Source: Eledone cirrhosa (taxonomy: Eukaryota). Taken from it: a stretch of 64,000 nucleotides of DNA. The notes beneath the pieces were generated by a model. That model made no database searches. It was given only the letters and a program-made list of their open reading frames with translations, and had not been told where the DNA came from. This document shows positions 63,634 through 64,000 of the stretch, piece after piece; the first letter of the stretch is position 1; each line of letters starts with the position of its first letter. The DNA is taken from the NCBI GenBank assembly GCA_964016885.1, contig OZ024740.1:246450001-246514000 (forward strand), given 5' to 3'. Both the position numbers and the translations under genes were made by a program.

Positions 63634-64000
63634 TCACATTTAGCCATCTTTTGATTAGTATATTTTATTTTATTATATTTAGATTATTTCTTTAATAAGC
63701 CCCTCTGATCTGATCTCATATTATTGTTTTATCTTCATATTATATTTTTATCCTTATATTATTTTATCTTATTATCTTATTATCTCTCTCCAGTAGTATA
63801 CCTTCAAGTTTTACGTAACTTATTAAATTATTAATTAATTAACATTTTCTTCTGTTAGCATTTAGGTGATTTATTGTTCCTTCTGTAGAGTGTTTCTTTA
63901 GAGAGTTTTTAAAATAAAAAAAAATTGTTATAAGTCCTTTTGATATTAGTTATTGATAGAAACTTTTTAATTAAATTGTTTTCTTGATTAAAATCTTTGA

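Larger units (their letters stand above)
62215..64000 (+). mobile_element. Decayed Naiad-like PLE with T-rich 3' UTR
   Basis: GLYRDDAL, SSHPRSV..NRISNLS..YNEALSRSGY, CNLCLLE..LLNRKSEIFSACKH. Confidence 0.8.

Overview
This is AT-rich eukaryotic (invertebrate) DNA made almost entirely of nested, mostly decayed transposable elements between (TA)n, (CA)n, (GA)n and (CATA)n microsatellites. The SINE families resemble those of octopus/coleoid cephalopods (inference, not confirmed). I recognise no host protein-coding gene, and most short ORFs are microsatellite or antisense artefacts. Contents: many Penelope-like elements (PLEs; Naiad-like, Neptune-like and a third family recurring as head-to-head inverted copies), R4/Dong-like, L1/Tx1, RTE, CRE and Ingi/Vingi LINE remnants, two SINE families, a non-autonomous Helitron, a hAT remnant, and a complete 4.1-kb LTR retrotransposon nested in a Neptune PLE. 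Main signals: (1) about ten minimal type-I hammerhead ribozyme motifs in PLE-type terminal repeats, several as mirror pairs; (2) the LTR element has no tRNA primer-binding site but an LTR-complementary leader (possible self-priming), a G GGA AAC -1 frameshift site and an atypical RNase H; (3) R4-like LINEs are bounded by (CATA)n and stacked in tandem. Boundaries were read by eye and are approximate unless a TSD is given.
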